DNA from: Octopus sinensis
Lineage: Eukaryota
Assembly (NCBI RefSeq): GCF_006345805.1
Contig: NC_043003.1
Coordinates: 63,612,001 to 63,676,000 of the forward strand
Length of the DNA: 64,000 nt
Direction: 5' to 3'
Translations under genes and position numbers: made by a program
Notes under the pieces: model-generated
The model's database searches: none
What the model was told of the DNA's origin: nothing
What the model saw: only the letters and a program-made list of their open reading frames with translations
Shown here: piece by piece, positions 1 to 14,651 of the stretch
How the letters are laid out: every line of letters begins with the position of its first letter
Position numbering within the stretch: the stretch's first letter is position 1

Positions 1-776
1 GTTCATGAAATTTATCCGACTAAATGACGACAGTTCTATTATGTGTGTGTATTTATGTGTAAGAGATACGCCTTTTGAAAAACGTCAAATTTGATCGTAT
101 TCATTTTTATTCGACGCCTCAATATTGCTAATAAGTATTATATTTGAAAACAATGACAAATGTTGCTGGGGGAAAAGCGCTAACAAAACCTCAATTAAAC
201 TATCAGATATTGCCATTTTTCTCTTAGCGACCTGACATTCACAGAAGTCAAGGCAGTAACATGGCTATCAATTGCCTTTTTTTTATGAGTCGGAGACGGC
301 CAATACTCTTTAACCGTCTTTTCATCAAAGAATGTATTGAGAATTATTTCATCGCTCTGACAGCTTCATTATTTAACGTCTTTCACGTCACCTAAGAGAA
401 ATTTCTAGTTTATTATGGCAGAATTTCCAGTGGCAGCAAGCATCTTAATTAAACATTTTCATTGAATACGAGAAAAAGGAAAGGGGAAAGAAAAAAAATA
501 AAAGCAAAGAACAAGGAAGAATAAAAACAAATAAAAATCTAATTGAATAGTTCACTGATTTCTTATTTTGCCTTACTATAAAATACGACACTATTTTGTT
601 AAGGGAAGCAATAAAGCTTGTTAAATAGCTCCGGTTAATCACCGGTATATGCATTTTTCTTTCTAAAAGATGAAATGCAATGTCTGCCTCTTGATAAATT
701 CGCTGTAGATGCAGAATAGTAAAGTTAGCAAGACCTAGGGCTGACATTCTTTTTCGCTGTTGTGTTCTGATCGCAA

Positions 777-1030
<254 letters not shown>

Positions 1031-1204
1031 AGTTTTCACTAAATATGAGCCTAGGCAAAAGAAATGTACACGAATTGAATTGCCTCAACGATCTCTCATA
1101 TGATGACCGTAGTCAAGTTGTAATGATGATCCTCTCTCCACTCTCGCTGCACCAACTTTTTCAGTTAAAATTACACTAGTAGTGAATATATATATATATA
1201 TATA

Positions 1205-1328
1205 TAGGCCTGCTCGCTTAGCCAGCAGAGTGGCGTCATTTGAAGGCTAAAACAATGCGTGCGAAGCGCATTGTGACCAACGATGTGTAGCAACATCAGA
1301 TAGCTTGGTCGGTCACGGTGATCACGGT
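1205..1328 (+). mobile_element. Short interspersed element embedded in (TA)n, related to 55418-55799
   Basis: Shares GGCCTGCYCGCYYAGCCAG..TGGCGTCAT..GGCTAAAACA and the terminal GTGATCA repeat with 55622-55799; both are flanked by TA runs. Confidence 0.6.
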
Positions 1329-1352
1329 AATATATATATATATATACATACA

Positions 1353-1388
<36 letters not shown>

Positions 1389-2134
1389 TACACACACACA
1401 CAAATATATATATATATATATTATATATATAGGTTTTAAGATTAATTCTGATTAAGAACGGCAAGGGACATCAATATGAGAGTGTAATTACTTTTAAACA
1501 ATGTATATATATATGTAATTATATGTACATATATATATCATTAGATATATATACGTATATACATACGTATATACATATTTATACATATATTCATATATTT
1601 ATACATATATTCATATATATATATATACATATACATGCAATGTATATGTATATTTGTATATATATATGTATATATATACATATATATATATACGTATGCA
1701 TACACACATACACACTCACACATACACACACACACAGCAGCAGTAGCAGCAGCAGAGCAGCGGGATGTGAACCTGCGTTTGGCATGTATAAACACTTAAG
1801 CATTGTGTCACCAGCATGAAGCCAAAATAAATGAATAAATAAATAACTACAAACAGTTACGCTATGAGTGAGAATCAATATTAATCAACGATCTACCATT
1901 TTAGAAAGTATTCTAGTTATGAAGACTGTTTTGCTTTTCGAGATAAAATAAGAAGCATTTAATTACTGAGGTCTGGAGGGAAGAGCTATGCTCTTGGATT
2001 TTGCTGACTCTCCAAAACCTGTGAGATGACCATGGCTAATAATGTTGATCTTGAATAGTTGCGTGATGAAAGTTGCAGGAAAAAAAACACACATGTGCAG
2101 GCTGGATACTCGAGAGAAATGATGATCAGTTGGT

Positions 2135-2455
2135 AAAGTCAGAAAACAGCATAGCTCCCATGACTTTCGGAAACATTTTTTCACGCTAAGAGTTGCTGAA
2201 GCATGGAACAAACTGCCGGCATCAGTTGTTAGTTGTCGGAGCACTGCATCCTTCAAAACTTCCATGCTTCCTGAGATTCGCCAACACTACACCTGATTTT
2301 CTCCCCTCCATACACACGCAAGCATGTATCTGACTCATACACTGTTCACTTCCCAGACATTTGTACATTACTGCATGTACTTTATACGCACTTTCTGACA
2401 AGTTGTGGTGCACCTGAGCACTGTATACAATAATTTCATTATATATTATATTATA
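2135..2455 (+). mobile_element. CR1/L2-type LINE 3' end (ORF2 C-terminus and 3' UTR)
   Basis: 2135-2296 reads KVRKQHSSHDFRKHFFTLRVAEAWNKLPASVVSCRSTASFKTSMLPEIRQHYT*, matching the CR1-type FFxxRVxxxWNxLP...FK motif; followed by a UTR and a short AT-rich tail. Confidence 0.85.
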
Positions 2456-2902
2456 TAAACGACCTGGCGGGTGACGGGAAGAATAGAGGTGAGTGAGCCG
2501 GGTGTATGTGAGAGGTCAATTCCAAGGGGCATAAGCCAAAGTCGAAGTTGTTAAAAACTTAGAGAAGGAACAGCACGTCTGTGGAACAGAAGCTGGAGTG
2601 CATTGGTAAGCGACTTCATATCAATCAGTCTACTGGGCCTTACTTTGGCTGCAGTCTAAGACATCTGTATGAGTAGCAGCCGCATCGTCCCAGGTGTAGG
2701 CTCATTACCCGATTGTGGGTCTCACCTGTAATTTGTTGCGAGTTGGTAGTTGTTAGGTGGGCGGGAAAACTAAAATATTTTCTTGCTCTGAAGAGATTCT
2801 TTCTGGTGCGTTCCTTTCCAATTCTGAGAAAATGAAATTGCTCTGAGAGATGGTGAGGACCAGCATTTGTAGCGAGTTTGAGAGTTCTAGTCGCTTGTTG
2901 TC

Positions 2903-3280
2903 CTTTTACTTGTTTCGTTCATTTGATTGCGGCCTGCTGGAGCACCGATTTTAGTCGAGCAAATCGACCCCTGGACTTATTCTTCGTAAGCCCAGTACTT
3001 ATTCTATCGGTCTCTTTTGCCGAACCGCTAAGTTACAGGGACGTAAACGCACCAGCAATGTTAGGGGGACAAAAACAGACATACAAACATACACACACGC
3101 GCGCACAAACATAGACACACACATATACGACGGGCTTCTTTCAGTTTCCGTCTATCAAATCCACTCACAAGGCTTTGGTCGGCCCGAGTCTGTTGTAGAA
3201 GACACTTGCCCGAGTGGGACTGAACCCGGAACCGTGTGGTTGGTAAGCAAGCTACTTACCACACAGCCACTCCTGCGCCT
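2903..3280 (-). mobile_element. SINE family A, near full length
   Basis: tRNA-like head (AGGCGCAGGAGTGGCTGTGTGGTAAG..GGGTTCAGTCCC), central (TG)n tract, tail ending GAAACAAGTAAAAG. Confidence 0.9.
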
Positions 3281-3619
3281 TGTTGTTCATGTTTATATTG
3301 AATAATGGCGTTATTTTACTGATACATATCTTTATGTTCTTGAAAGAAACAATATTAGTATGACTCCGAAGGAGATGTCTTCGAGGCCCTCTCTGCCCAT
3401 GTAATTAGAATAGATTTCGCATGAAATGTCTAGGCTGCATGTCGCCAACACTTGGGGACAAGAGATCGGGGGAGAGTAAAGGGTGATATCATTGGAGTTG
3501 GAGTGAGTATTTTTGGGTATGATGGCAAGTAGGTCTTTGATGTGAATGAGGAAGAGTATTAGGAGAAAAAATAATCAACCTTGGGACACAAATGTTACAT
3601 AATTTGTATTATGTCAATA

Positions 3620-3835
3620 TTGGTTTAAAATCTTGGCACATGGTCTGCAATTTCGGGTAAAGCGTACGTCGAGTATATCGACCCCCAGTGCTCAAATGGT
3701 ATTTAATTTATCGACCCCGAAAGGATGAAAGTTAAAATCGATCTAGGTGGAATTTGAACTCAGAACATGAAGACGAATGAAATACCGTTAAGCATTTTGC
3801 CGGCGAGCAAACGATTCTGCGAGCTCACTGCCTCC
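3620..3835 (-). mobile_element. SINE family B copy
   Basis: Head GGCAGTGAGCTCGCAGAATCG..GAGTTCAAATTCC and body TTTCATCCTTTCGGGGTCGATAAA. Confidence 0.85.
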
Positions 3836-4304
3836 AAAATTATACAAATATAACATATAATAGTGTATATTATTAGTTCGATGTCACCTTGGTAGAAAGA
3901 GACAAAACGAAGAGGCAGAACATAGAAGACGTTAAATGCAAGTGGGGGTGGGGTGATCAAAATATTGCGAGAAACAGGTGTAGAGAGAGATTTTGCAATG
4001 GCTGAAGTAACGTGTCTTGATCAAAATGAAAGTGCAAATTTTTATCGTAATATTGGTGAAATATATATTTTCACTTATTATTATAGTTTATGTTCAAAAG
4101 GGAAGAAAGAAAAGATAAACAGTGGGGAAAAAAACACGTCACGTGTTGATTCTAAATGATAGGAGTTCACACACTAAATTTCATAGTTTATATTGAAAGC
4201 GAAATACAAAAATAAAAAAAATACAGAACTGGAAACAAAACACGTTTAGTATCCGTATTGATTTTACGTAATGGAAGTTCACACACCCAAACACTAGTAG
4301 AAGC

Positions 4305-4524
4305 TCTCACTCACTCACTCACTCACTCACTCAATCACTCACTCATTCACTCATTCACTTACTCACTCACTCATTCACTCACTCACTCACTCATTCACTC
4401 ACTCACTCATTCACTCACTCACTCACTCACTCACTCACTCACTCACTCATTCACTCTCTCACTCACACACTCACTTTTACAGACAGAAATACGCAAACTA
4501 TTTTTTCTCTCTCTTTTTCTCATT

Positions 4525-4562
<38 letters not shown>

Positions 4563-4600
4563 TACACACACACATACACACACACACACATACACACACA
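4305..4600. repeat. (ACTC)n, (CT)n, (CA)n microsatellites
   Basis: Directly visible. Confidence 0.95.
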
Positions 4601-4922
4601 CAGGCAATATAACAGAACTATTGTTTTCTTGACTGAACGTACGAAAACCAATCATTAACATAACACTTTGCAGGTCGGTTTAGAAAAACATTTTCTAGGT
4701 ACAAAAAAATTGTTTAGCATTTAATTTCGCATACATACATACATACATACATACATATGAATACATATATACATACATACATCATACATAGATTCAAACA
4801 CATGCAAGCATACACACATGCACATATACTAACATATATATACACACACATGCGTACACTCATACACACACACACCTGCATCCATACAAATATGTTTGTG
4901 TATGCGTGTGTGTATATATAGG

Positions 4923-5609
<687 letters not shown>

Positions 5610-6106
5610 TATATATTATCATGTATTTAAGATTTATTTTGAAAAGAAAAAATTATTTAATTTCTCGTATATATTTTGTTTTAGAAATTGCTTGCGAAAG
5701 AAACGCAATTAATATTTAATCACGCACAGGAACACACACACACACACACACACACACCACACACACACACACACACACATGTATGCATGTATGTATGTCC
5801 ATATACGCGTGTGTGAGTGCGTGTGCTTGTGTGTTTGTATGTGCGTACTATGTGTGTTAAAAGATACGTAACGAAAAGTTTCACGGACTTAAAAAATAAC
5901 ATCACATTTACAATTTAATTTAATTCTTTTTTTTATGTTAAACACAAACTGCGAAGTTTTTAGATAAGAAATTATCAATGGCTTCTGGTTTTTAATGGTT
6001 ATGCTACTTTCTATTGATAATAAAATTACCGGAATTTTTTCTCGGCGTTTCCGTCTATGTTATATATATATATATATATAAATAATATTATATTATATTA
6101 TATTAC

Positions 6107-6492
6107 CTTTTACTTGCTTTATCATTAGACTGCCACCATGCTGGGGCACCGCTTTGAAGAATTTTAATCGAACGAATTGACCCCAGTATTTATTTTTTTT
6201 AATAGCTCGATACATATTGTATCGAACCCTTTTGCCGAACTGTTAAGTTACCAGAACATAAACACACCAACACCGGTTAGCAAGTGATGGTGGTGAACAA
6301 GTACACACACATACACACATATATATATAATATACGACGAGCTTCTTTCAGTTTCCGCCTACCAAATCCACTCACAAGACTTTGGTCAACTCGAGGCTGC
6401 AGTACAAAACATTTGCCCAAGGTGCCACGCAGTAGGACTGAACCTGGAACCATGTGGTTGGGAAGCAAACTTCCTACCACATAACCATACCC
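6107..6492 (-). mobile_element. SINE family A copy
   Basis: Same head, microsatellite core and tail as 2903-3280. Confidence 0.88.
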
Positions 6493-6544
6493 CACCTTAC
6501 ACACACACATATACACATATATGCATATATATATATACATATGC

Positions 6545-6603
<59 letters not shown>

Positions 6604-6610
6604 CCCACAA

Positions 6611-6646
<36 letters not shown>

Positions 6647-6811
6647 TGTATGTATGTATGTATGTATGTAGGTAGGTAGGTAGGTAGGTAGGTAGGTAGG
6701 TAGAAAGGCAAAAATACAAGTCAGCTTAATGTATATATTTATACTGAATACAAAATACAGATTATGGATTAAAGGAACAAAGTAAACGAAAGGTGTGATG
6801 AAAGAATTTTA

Positions 6812-7440
6812 TGTTCGCAGCTGTTTCGGTAGCGCTATGCTCTGTGCCGTAACGACGTTCACACGCATGGAATATCCATGATGTGACATGTGTATGCAAT
6901 AGCATAAGATCCAGTGGCTTTGTTTGGCGGAAGTCTGGTCACCGTCATCAGAAGTGAAAATAGCGAATGCGTATTTCATAGCAGTGTTTACAATGTATAA
7001 AGTTTTATGGAGAAGAGAATGGGTTAGTAAGGGAAGTGTTCGAGGAAAGAGAAGGTATAGATAGAGAAGTGGTGGTGGAGTGATTAAAGAGGAATTAATG
7101 TTATGAAAATTAGGTGACAAAAACAGAAGAGAGGGTAGATAAAGTATATTGTGATAGCATGACAGTTGTAGGGTGGTCTTCAAAAATATATGGAATAGCA
7201 GGGAGACCATGAGTAGTAAACGCCAGTACAGACATGGTAAGTTGTAAAGGAAGACAGCTGCAACTCAATGATATAGTAGGGGATGTGTATATCTTCAGTG
7301 AATCGTCACTTAATGTCGTTGATAGATTCTTGAGCAGTAAAACGGAGTAAAGCGAATCCTAGTTTATAACGTGTTCAATAAGGGAGTCAAAGTTTCCATT
7401 CTTACAATATATTCCTACGGCATATTCTCAACCACAAATG
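6812..7440 (-). mobile_element. Penelope-like element 3' end with degenerate hammerhead motif
   Basis: Minus strand has METLTPY (resembles the PLE C-terminal xTLxPxGLN motif), then CTGATGA (6951-6945), stem CGGT/ACCG, and GAAAC-AGCT-GCG where GTH is expected. Confidence 0.5.
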
Positions 7441-7513
7441 TATTAAGAAACTTCTAAATATGGACTTAAAACACTTCTGGTATTAAACGATGAAATATGA
7501 CCGTGTGTGTGTG

Positions 7514-7568
<55 letters not shown>

Positions 7569-7649
7569 ACGGTAGAAATGCATTCAAGGTATAGATAGAA
7601 AAGTAGTGGTGGAGTGATTAAAGAAGAATTAATGTTATGAAAATATATC

Positions 7650-8965
7650 TGGTGGGCTCTATAGGGACGATGCCCTCATGGCAGTAAATGGCTTATCTAA
7701 ACCGAAAGTCGAACGTATAAAGAAGTCATTAAGAAAATTTGTTTAGAATCTTTTTAATTTCAATATTGTATTTGATACTAACACAAAAATTATGAATTGC
7801 TTTGGATGTCACACTTAATTTAAATATCCTTACTGGAAACCAAACCAAATATTACAATATATAAACGTTTCCTCTAATCCTCCAAAATTAACCCTCGATA
7901 GTATCGTTATGGCTATCTCTATTAGAATATTCAACCCATCAGCAAATGAGATCTTTAATGCACATCTCCCATTTTATAGTCGAGCCCTTAAACTAAACGG
8001 ATTTCGTGATCATATTTTCTACATCCACGACACCAGACTCAAAACCAATTAGCTAATTTCCATTCTGACAATCTTGAAATTACTAATACGATTTCTGCCT
8101 TCAATTATAAACGTACAAGAAAACTTTTTTGCTAACCATACGAAACTTCATAACCTTCATTTTAGTAACCGCAATAAACGTAGTCCCTCTATATCTGAAC
8201 ACCCTATTGTGGTAACCCACTCTAAATCTAGAAAGAGAAATTATTTGGTTCGCCCCCCACCATTTTCTCTCAGTCAAAAATTTATCAAAACTGTTTAAGA
8301 TTCTGAAATTAAATTTTCCTAAGCACCACAAATATTACCCCATATTTAACACTCTATAGAGTTATCTTACTCTACCACATCGAATTTGGGACCTATAATG
8401 GCATCCTCAAATAGAAATAGACTCCGACTTCAAATGGTTAAAAGCTTAGATCACCATAAGGTGCACCATATAAGTCCAAATAAGATTAATAAAACAAAAG
8501 TCTATCTAAATCTAAAAGCAATCAATCCCAACTAAACCTCGGCCAACACGACACAACTTTAATAAATCTGAGTAAAATTAAAGATAGAAATGGAAATACT
8601 TGTAACTGTAAGGTCCCCGAATTATGTCCGCTCGCTGGATTTTTTTTTTTTTTTACGAAAAAATGTAATTTATAAATGCAGTGTGGAAAATGGCAAACAT
8701 CAGATAAGGGTATACATAGGAAGCATTACAGATTTTAAGAGACGATATCGAACCCATTTACATTCCTTTAGTAAACTAAAATATAAACTGCACTGCGCTA
8801 GCTTGATACATACATGATTTAGAATTACAGAACATCAATTGCACATTATCTTGGTCTATTATAGATGAGGTTACCCCCCCCCCATACGATTATAGGCAGA
8901 TGCAGAATGTACACAAAAGAATCATACTATCCTCCGCCTGTATAATTCTACCGTATTAAATAAGT
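7650..8965 (+). mobile_element. Degenerate Penelope-like retroelement (RT C-terminal half plus GIY-YIG endonuclease; Naiad/Poseidon type)
   Basis: Frameshifted motifs in order: GGLYRDDAL (7651-7677), xLDVTLNLN, QYINVSSNxP, RKRNxIWFxPPFS, FPKHHKYYPIFN, SYST, CNCKVPELCPLAG, NVIYKCSV..VYIGSITDFKRRYRTH, WSII..CRM. Confidence 0.9.
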
Positions 8966-9584
8966 TTTTCGATGCTATTCATTCGTATAACCACAGATAT
9001 TACTCAACTTTCATGAGACCTTTTAAAAATCCGAACGTAGCCTTACTAAGTTACGCCGCACAACTTAAGACAATATTGCCTATAACACGATATTGCCAAT
9101 ATAAATTTTAACAAAGACATTAAGTAGTGTAGCTTTTACTCCCATCAGCCCTCATATAGACTTCCACCATTTGCATAAATATAGCCGTTCTTCCATAAAA
9201 TCTTCTAGTTACCTCTGAATGCATTAGACCCTGTTTATGGGCTCCCAACGTGTGTGTCAATTTGAAAGCGATAACAAATTGTTTTCTTTGTTTTTGTGTC
9301 CACAGACAGCCGTAGTAGACAGTCCATATTTAGTTATCAAAGAATAAATATTTGCTAAGCAAAATTATTAACCGCACTTTCTATCACAACTCGATTCAAA
9401 ATCAAACAATAACCAGAAGTGGCTTTTCATGAATCTTGCAAACTTCATAATTCGCCACGAGGCTGCTATGTTTTAATATGTACTTTTACCACCCTACACA
9501 ACTGTTTTTTTTTTTATTTATTCGTCTAAATCTATGACTTTCATTTAACAACTTTTTCTAAGAATCCTTAATACGTCAAACAGA

Positions 9585-9770
9585 TGCTTAGTGACATTTT
9601 TTCCGGTTCATCTTCTGAGTTCAAATGCTGCCGAAATCGACTTTGCCTTTCATCCTTTCGGAATTGCTAAAATAACTACCATTTGATCTCTGGGGCTAAT
9701 GTAATCGATTTAATCCATCTTCTAAAATTGCTGGCACTGTGCCAAAATTTGAAACAACTATTTAATACCG
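9585..9770 (+). mobile_element. SINE family B, degenerate
   Basis: GAGTTCAAAT..GACTTTGCCTTTCATCCTTTCGG..CCAAAATTTGAAAC. Confidence 0.75.
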
Positions 9771-10310
9771 CGTCTAAATAGATGTTAGAATAAAAAGGTT
9801 TTACTGGAAAATCGAAAAGGAACCGGTTTGCGTTCAGTACATCTGATAATCATTAAAAAAAAAACACCCATCTTGCTATAGAAATGCATTAGTTCGAATC
9901 TGTTAAACACAAAGGCGTGCTTTAGGTTTCATTGTCTATTTTATGTCTTATGAACTGACGTACCTTAAAATAGTTACATCTCTTTGAAGATGTGGATGGA
10001 TGTATAAATATAGCTTCTGAGATGATATTCCTGAAATAAAATATAGTGAAAAATCAGTATCGTTGTCTATAACTTTTTATTTATCTATATTTCCCTGAAC
10101 TGAAAGCACAAATTACAAAAGAAAGGAAAGCATAAAAGGAAACAAAAAAAAAATTCTGTTTGTGAAGTGAACACTTTGCGGAATGTTTTTTCATAGTATT
10201 TTGGTTTTATAGTGTTACAACAATGTTATAACGAAATGATGTTGAAATGAACCACGTTTACTAAGCTCAGCCACCTAACACGTACATACATTTTATTTAT
10301 TTATCTATAT

Positions 10311-10716
10311 AGGAGTAGGAGTGGCTGTGTGGTAAGCAGCTTGCTTACGAACCACATTGTTCCAGGTTCAGTCCCACTGCGTGGCAACTTGGGCAAGTGT
10401 CTTCTACTATAACCTCGGGCCGACCAAAGTCTTGTGAATGGATTTGCTAAACGGAAACTGAAAGAAGCCCGTTGTATGAGTGTATATATGTATGTATGTG
10501 TTTGTGTGTCTGTGTTTGCCCCCCCCCCCCCCCAACATCGCTTGTCAACCGATGCTGGTGTGTTTACGTCCCAGAAACTTAGCGGCTCGGTGAAAGAGAC
10601 CAATAGAATAAGTACTAGACTTACAAGGAATAAGTCCTGGGGTCGATTTGCTCGGCTAAAGGCAGTGCTCCAGCATGACCGCAGTCAAATGACTGAAACA
10701 AGTAAAAGAGTAAAGA

Positions 10717-10717
<1 letters not shown>
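10311..10717 (+). mobile_element. SINE family A, full length
   Basis: Complete head, microsatellite core and tail CAGTCAAATGACTGAAACAAGTAAAAGAG. Confidence 0.92.
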
Positions 10718-10763
<46 letters not shown>

Positions 10764-10929
10764 ATATAAACACACACACACACATATATATGTACATGTA
10801 TATTTATGTGTATGTATGTATGTGTTACATATAAATATAGACATACGTCCATACATAAAAACATGTACATAAATAATATATTGCATAGATATTACATATA
10901 ATATGTGTGTATCATAAAAAGTTAAGTCT

Positions 10930-11360
10930 CTACTCCCTAGAATGAAGTGGGGAAAGATATGCAGTGATATACCTCTGGAAGAACTTGTACTAAACTTTGG
11001 CATTGGAAATTACAAACAGTAGAACGGGAGGCCACTGCATAGTGCTAAATATCCCAAAATTGCCATCAGGATACAGGACCAGATACTGCAACATTTGGGT
11101 TTCAAGGGGCTCACAGCTCTTTAATATTCCCCCAAATACCTGAGAGACCTACATGATGTCTTCAAAACATAACTGCATCTCCTTTCAAGAATTTTGGAAG
11201 AAACCACCTTGCGGCAGGAAACGCATAAGGGCAGCAACATCAAACACCCCTCATTCACCAAATACCACATATCAGGAGGTTTCAAGTGGTGAAAGTGTTA
11301 ATAAAGCTAACGGCAGTGCCCCAGCATGGCCGCAGCTCTCGTGCTAATACTAATAAAAGA
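10930..11360 (+). mobile_element. CR1-type LINE 3' end (same family as 21803-22362)
   Basis: Degenerate RYAVIY..ELVLNFGI..NSRTGGHCIV..RAATSN; ends in GGCAGTGCCCCAGCATGGCCGCAGCTCTCG, similar to the SINE A tail. Confidence 0.8.
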
Positions 11361-11967
11361 AAAATATAAAAAAGAAATTGATAATTCATATTGTGCAGAC
11401 TATAGTTAAGCTCCAGGTTCGGTGATTATGCGAATGAGGATTCCAACGTAGGTCATATATTAGCATGCATATATATAAAAAATTAACAGAACGAGATATT
11501 TTATCGCACCGTCTCCGAGGTCCTAATTTTAGGTGAATTGTGAACTTGCTATTAAAGTCGTTTGGGCAATGCTGTTGGTATAATCTCCACATCGTGCAAA
11601 TGATATAACACTCAAGAAGACATCGAAGGGATTAGAAACTTAATACTCAAGATCTGTTAAACTATTTATTTTGCTTCGTAGAACGATATCACAGAGAGGA
11701 AGCAGTATTCAAGGAGAGGGCCACACAAAGGAGGAGAAAAGGGGAACGATGACATCTGCCTCTCTGAACTCTAAAGTTCTGAAGATCCAGGATCTCATCC
11801 TTGGAGCTCCATAGCCTTTCTGCATATATACATACATTCATACATACCAACATCCCTACCCCATCCCCCACACACATATAAATTTTAATATATTATATAT
11901 AATATATTCATAATATAAAATATATATGCATGTATATGCATAAGTAGTGTTATATATATACACGCGT

Positions 11968-12004
<37 letters not shown>

Positions 12005-12195
12005 ATATATATATATATCACGTACATATAAATATTATATACATACAGTATGATATTTATTCTTAAATATATTGTGTATACATGTATATATACATTATAT
12101 ATCTATGCATATATGCTATAAATATTACGTATCTATATATTCATATATATTTTCTGTAAATATGTATATATTTACGTTATATATATGCACACATA

Positions 12196-12237
<42 letters not shown>

Positions 12238-13364
12238 ACAAATATATGCATACATATGCAATGCCAAGTATGCATACATATATTATACATGTACATATAT
12301 AGTTGAATGTGCGTGCGTAAATGTTGTTTAATAAGAGAGGAACTGTGAATGTGTAAATGTGCGCGAATGAATTCAAACATAATAAGCGTTGATATGTATA
12401 AAAATAATTGAATAAAATTAATATCTTAAAACCGGAGAATTTAAAATCCAAGAAGGATATTAAACTACAGATAAATATAAATATACAAGATTGTTGATTT
12501 AACTGTCATCGACGTAAATACTATAGGGAAACTAACCAGCGAATTTCGTTAAATTTTCTGATACATCTTGGTAAAAATTGTTTGATTATTTGAAAAGTAG
12601 GTTTTTTAATGTAAAAATATGACAGTCATCAACTTGAAAGAAAATGGCAGATTTGACACAAGCCACACCAGCAGTAACATCACAGGTAGATAAAAATTAC
12701 CATATACCTATACCAGGAAAACAACAAAATATAATTCACCAACTGCAACTATAGCAACACCTATAACGACGAAAAAATTGCAACAAATCTAAAATAAGAT
12801 ATTTGGACATTTTGTAAATGAAATGTGTATTAATAATTTGAAACACTTCATTGTTATGTAAATTTGAACTTGTCAATAGCCATAAGTATATGCATCACAT
12901 CCATTTTTAAATCTTATCTTATGTACATGCCATAAATTTCTACAAATAAAGATGTCCCAGAGCAGTAGATAATAGTTTGATTGCAGCGAAGATTTATAAT
13001 TCTGAGTTATATTTGATATGGTTATTACAACAACAACGATAGATAATGGTTTTATGGCGGCTGTTGTTTAATATCATACTGATCTAGTTAAAGCAGAAGT
13101 GCACAGAGTCGACTTTACGGAAAAGGGAATTTCTTACGCTTGTATAAATTCAGATTTATCTTTGTAGCACAGAAGAATTTAACATAAAATTCCACTTGAA
13201 TTTACGGATTCTATATCGTTTCGACAAGCAGTTATGTACTCCTTGCTGTCAAATTGCCGAAACGTGTGTATGCATTATAAAGTATAAAATACTATATACG
13301 TCTTTTGTATTTTATCAAAACTGTATTGGGCTTTCTCATTTATAAATTTATAATAATGTCTACT

Positions 13365-13924
13365 ATAGGCGCAAGGCCTGAAATTTGTGGGGAAGGGACT
13401 AGTCGATTACATCGACCCCAGTGTTTCACTGATACTCAATTTATCGACTCCGAAAGGATGAAAGACAAAGTCGACCTCGGCGGAGTTTGAACTCAGAAGG
13501 TAGCGACAGAGAAATACCTATTTCTTTACTACCCACAAGGGGCTAAACACAGAAGGGACAGACAAACGGATTAAGTCGATTATATCGACCCTAGTGCGTA
13601 ACTGGTACTTATTTAATCGACCCCGAAAGGATGAAAGGCAAAGTTGACCTCGGCGGAATTTGAACTCAGAACGTAGCGGCAGAAGAAATACCTATTTCTT
13701 TACTACCCACAAGGAGCTAAACACAGAGGGGACAAACAAGGACAGACAAACGGATTAAGTCGATTATATCGACCCCAGTGCATAACTAGTACTTATTTAA
13801 TCGACCCCGAAAAGATGAAAGGCAAAGTTGACCTCGGCGGAATTTGAACTCAGAACGTAGCGGCAGATGAAATACGGCTACGCATTTCGCCTGACGTACT
13901 AACGTTTCTGCCAGCTCGCCGCCT
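13365..13924 (-). mobile_element. SINE family B tandem array (head plus three body units)
   Basis: One head at 13924; internal junctions tail-AAAGAAATA|GGTATT at 13518 and 13692. Confidence 0.92.
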
Positions 13925-13956
13925 ATGATAATAATAATAATAATGACGATGGTGAT

Positions 13957-14645
13957 GATTTCATTTATCTACACCAGGGCGAATTATGAATGGGACAAAT
14001 ACAAAGACAGAGTGTTGGAAGCTTACATATAATGGAATGATAAAAATAACAACAAAAAAGTAAGCTTACACGGTATAAAATGAAGAGGAGGGGAATACAC
14101 ATAGTGTACAGAGGTTGGAAAAAGGTGGGGATGATAGAGATGTAGCCCTCCTGATAGAAGATGACCTCTAGGGATAACTGAGGAACCCTACTATCCGGAT
14201 TTTCTCTGAACACCAAAAGCAAGTGCCCTCTACAATCCCCCTTCTCCGACTCACAGGTCTACATTTAGAGAGGGTACCATCCACTCTTGCCATTTTCGGA
14301 ATTTCCACTCACCTTTCAATAAACTCACTCAAGGACAGCTCTTCCTTATTCACCCTCACTTTCCTTTTCAAGTGAAACTTGAAGAAGTTAATGAGAAATC
14401 TACCAAAGAGGAATGTATCTGTCCTCATGCCTTTCACAACCTTGCCCACCAAACAACCGCTTTTGCCACAGCCACCAGGCAAAGGGAAACTGCCTTAGTT
14501 CCCCGATTGAAGGAGGGCAGAGGTATAATCACCACTATGGACTCGACCGATAGACAAATCTATCCCACACGCGACAGCAGCTGTTCGACACAACCCCACA
14601 AGTCAGCAATGCCCGTACAATAATAATTTATGCAATATTTCAGAG
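13957..14645 (-). mobile_element. Tx1/L1-clade LINE 3' end (ORF2 C-terminus and 3' UTR)
   Basis: Frameshifted E(I)LHxLLCTGIADLWGCVEQLLSRVG..AVAKAVVWWAR..GRFLINFFKFHLKRKVRV..FIERx; the 3' UTR ends TGTCTTTGTATTTGTCCC..GCCCTGGTGTAGATAAATGAAAT. Confidence 0.75.
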
Positions 14646-14651
14646 CCAAGA

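Noticed and set aside
2460-2890. GC-richer segment, possible Penelope fragment
   Set aside because: Only vague motif resemblance in any frame; left unassigned.
11689-11877. Purine-rich island with short ORFs on both strands
   Set aside because: No recognisable motif and no convincing splice-site pair.
13365-13924. CRISPR-like periodic repeats
   Set aside because: Eukaryotic SINE tandem units of about 170 bp; no unique spacers and no cas genes.
14575-14606. GAACAGCTG hammerhead-like motif on the minus strand
   Set aside because: Falls within the Tx1 ORF2 coding stretch (VEQLL); no CUGANGA core.
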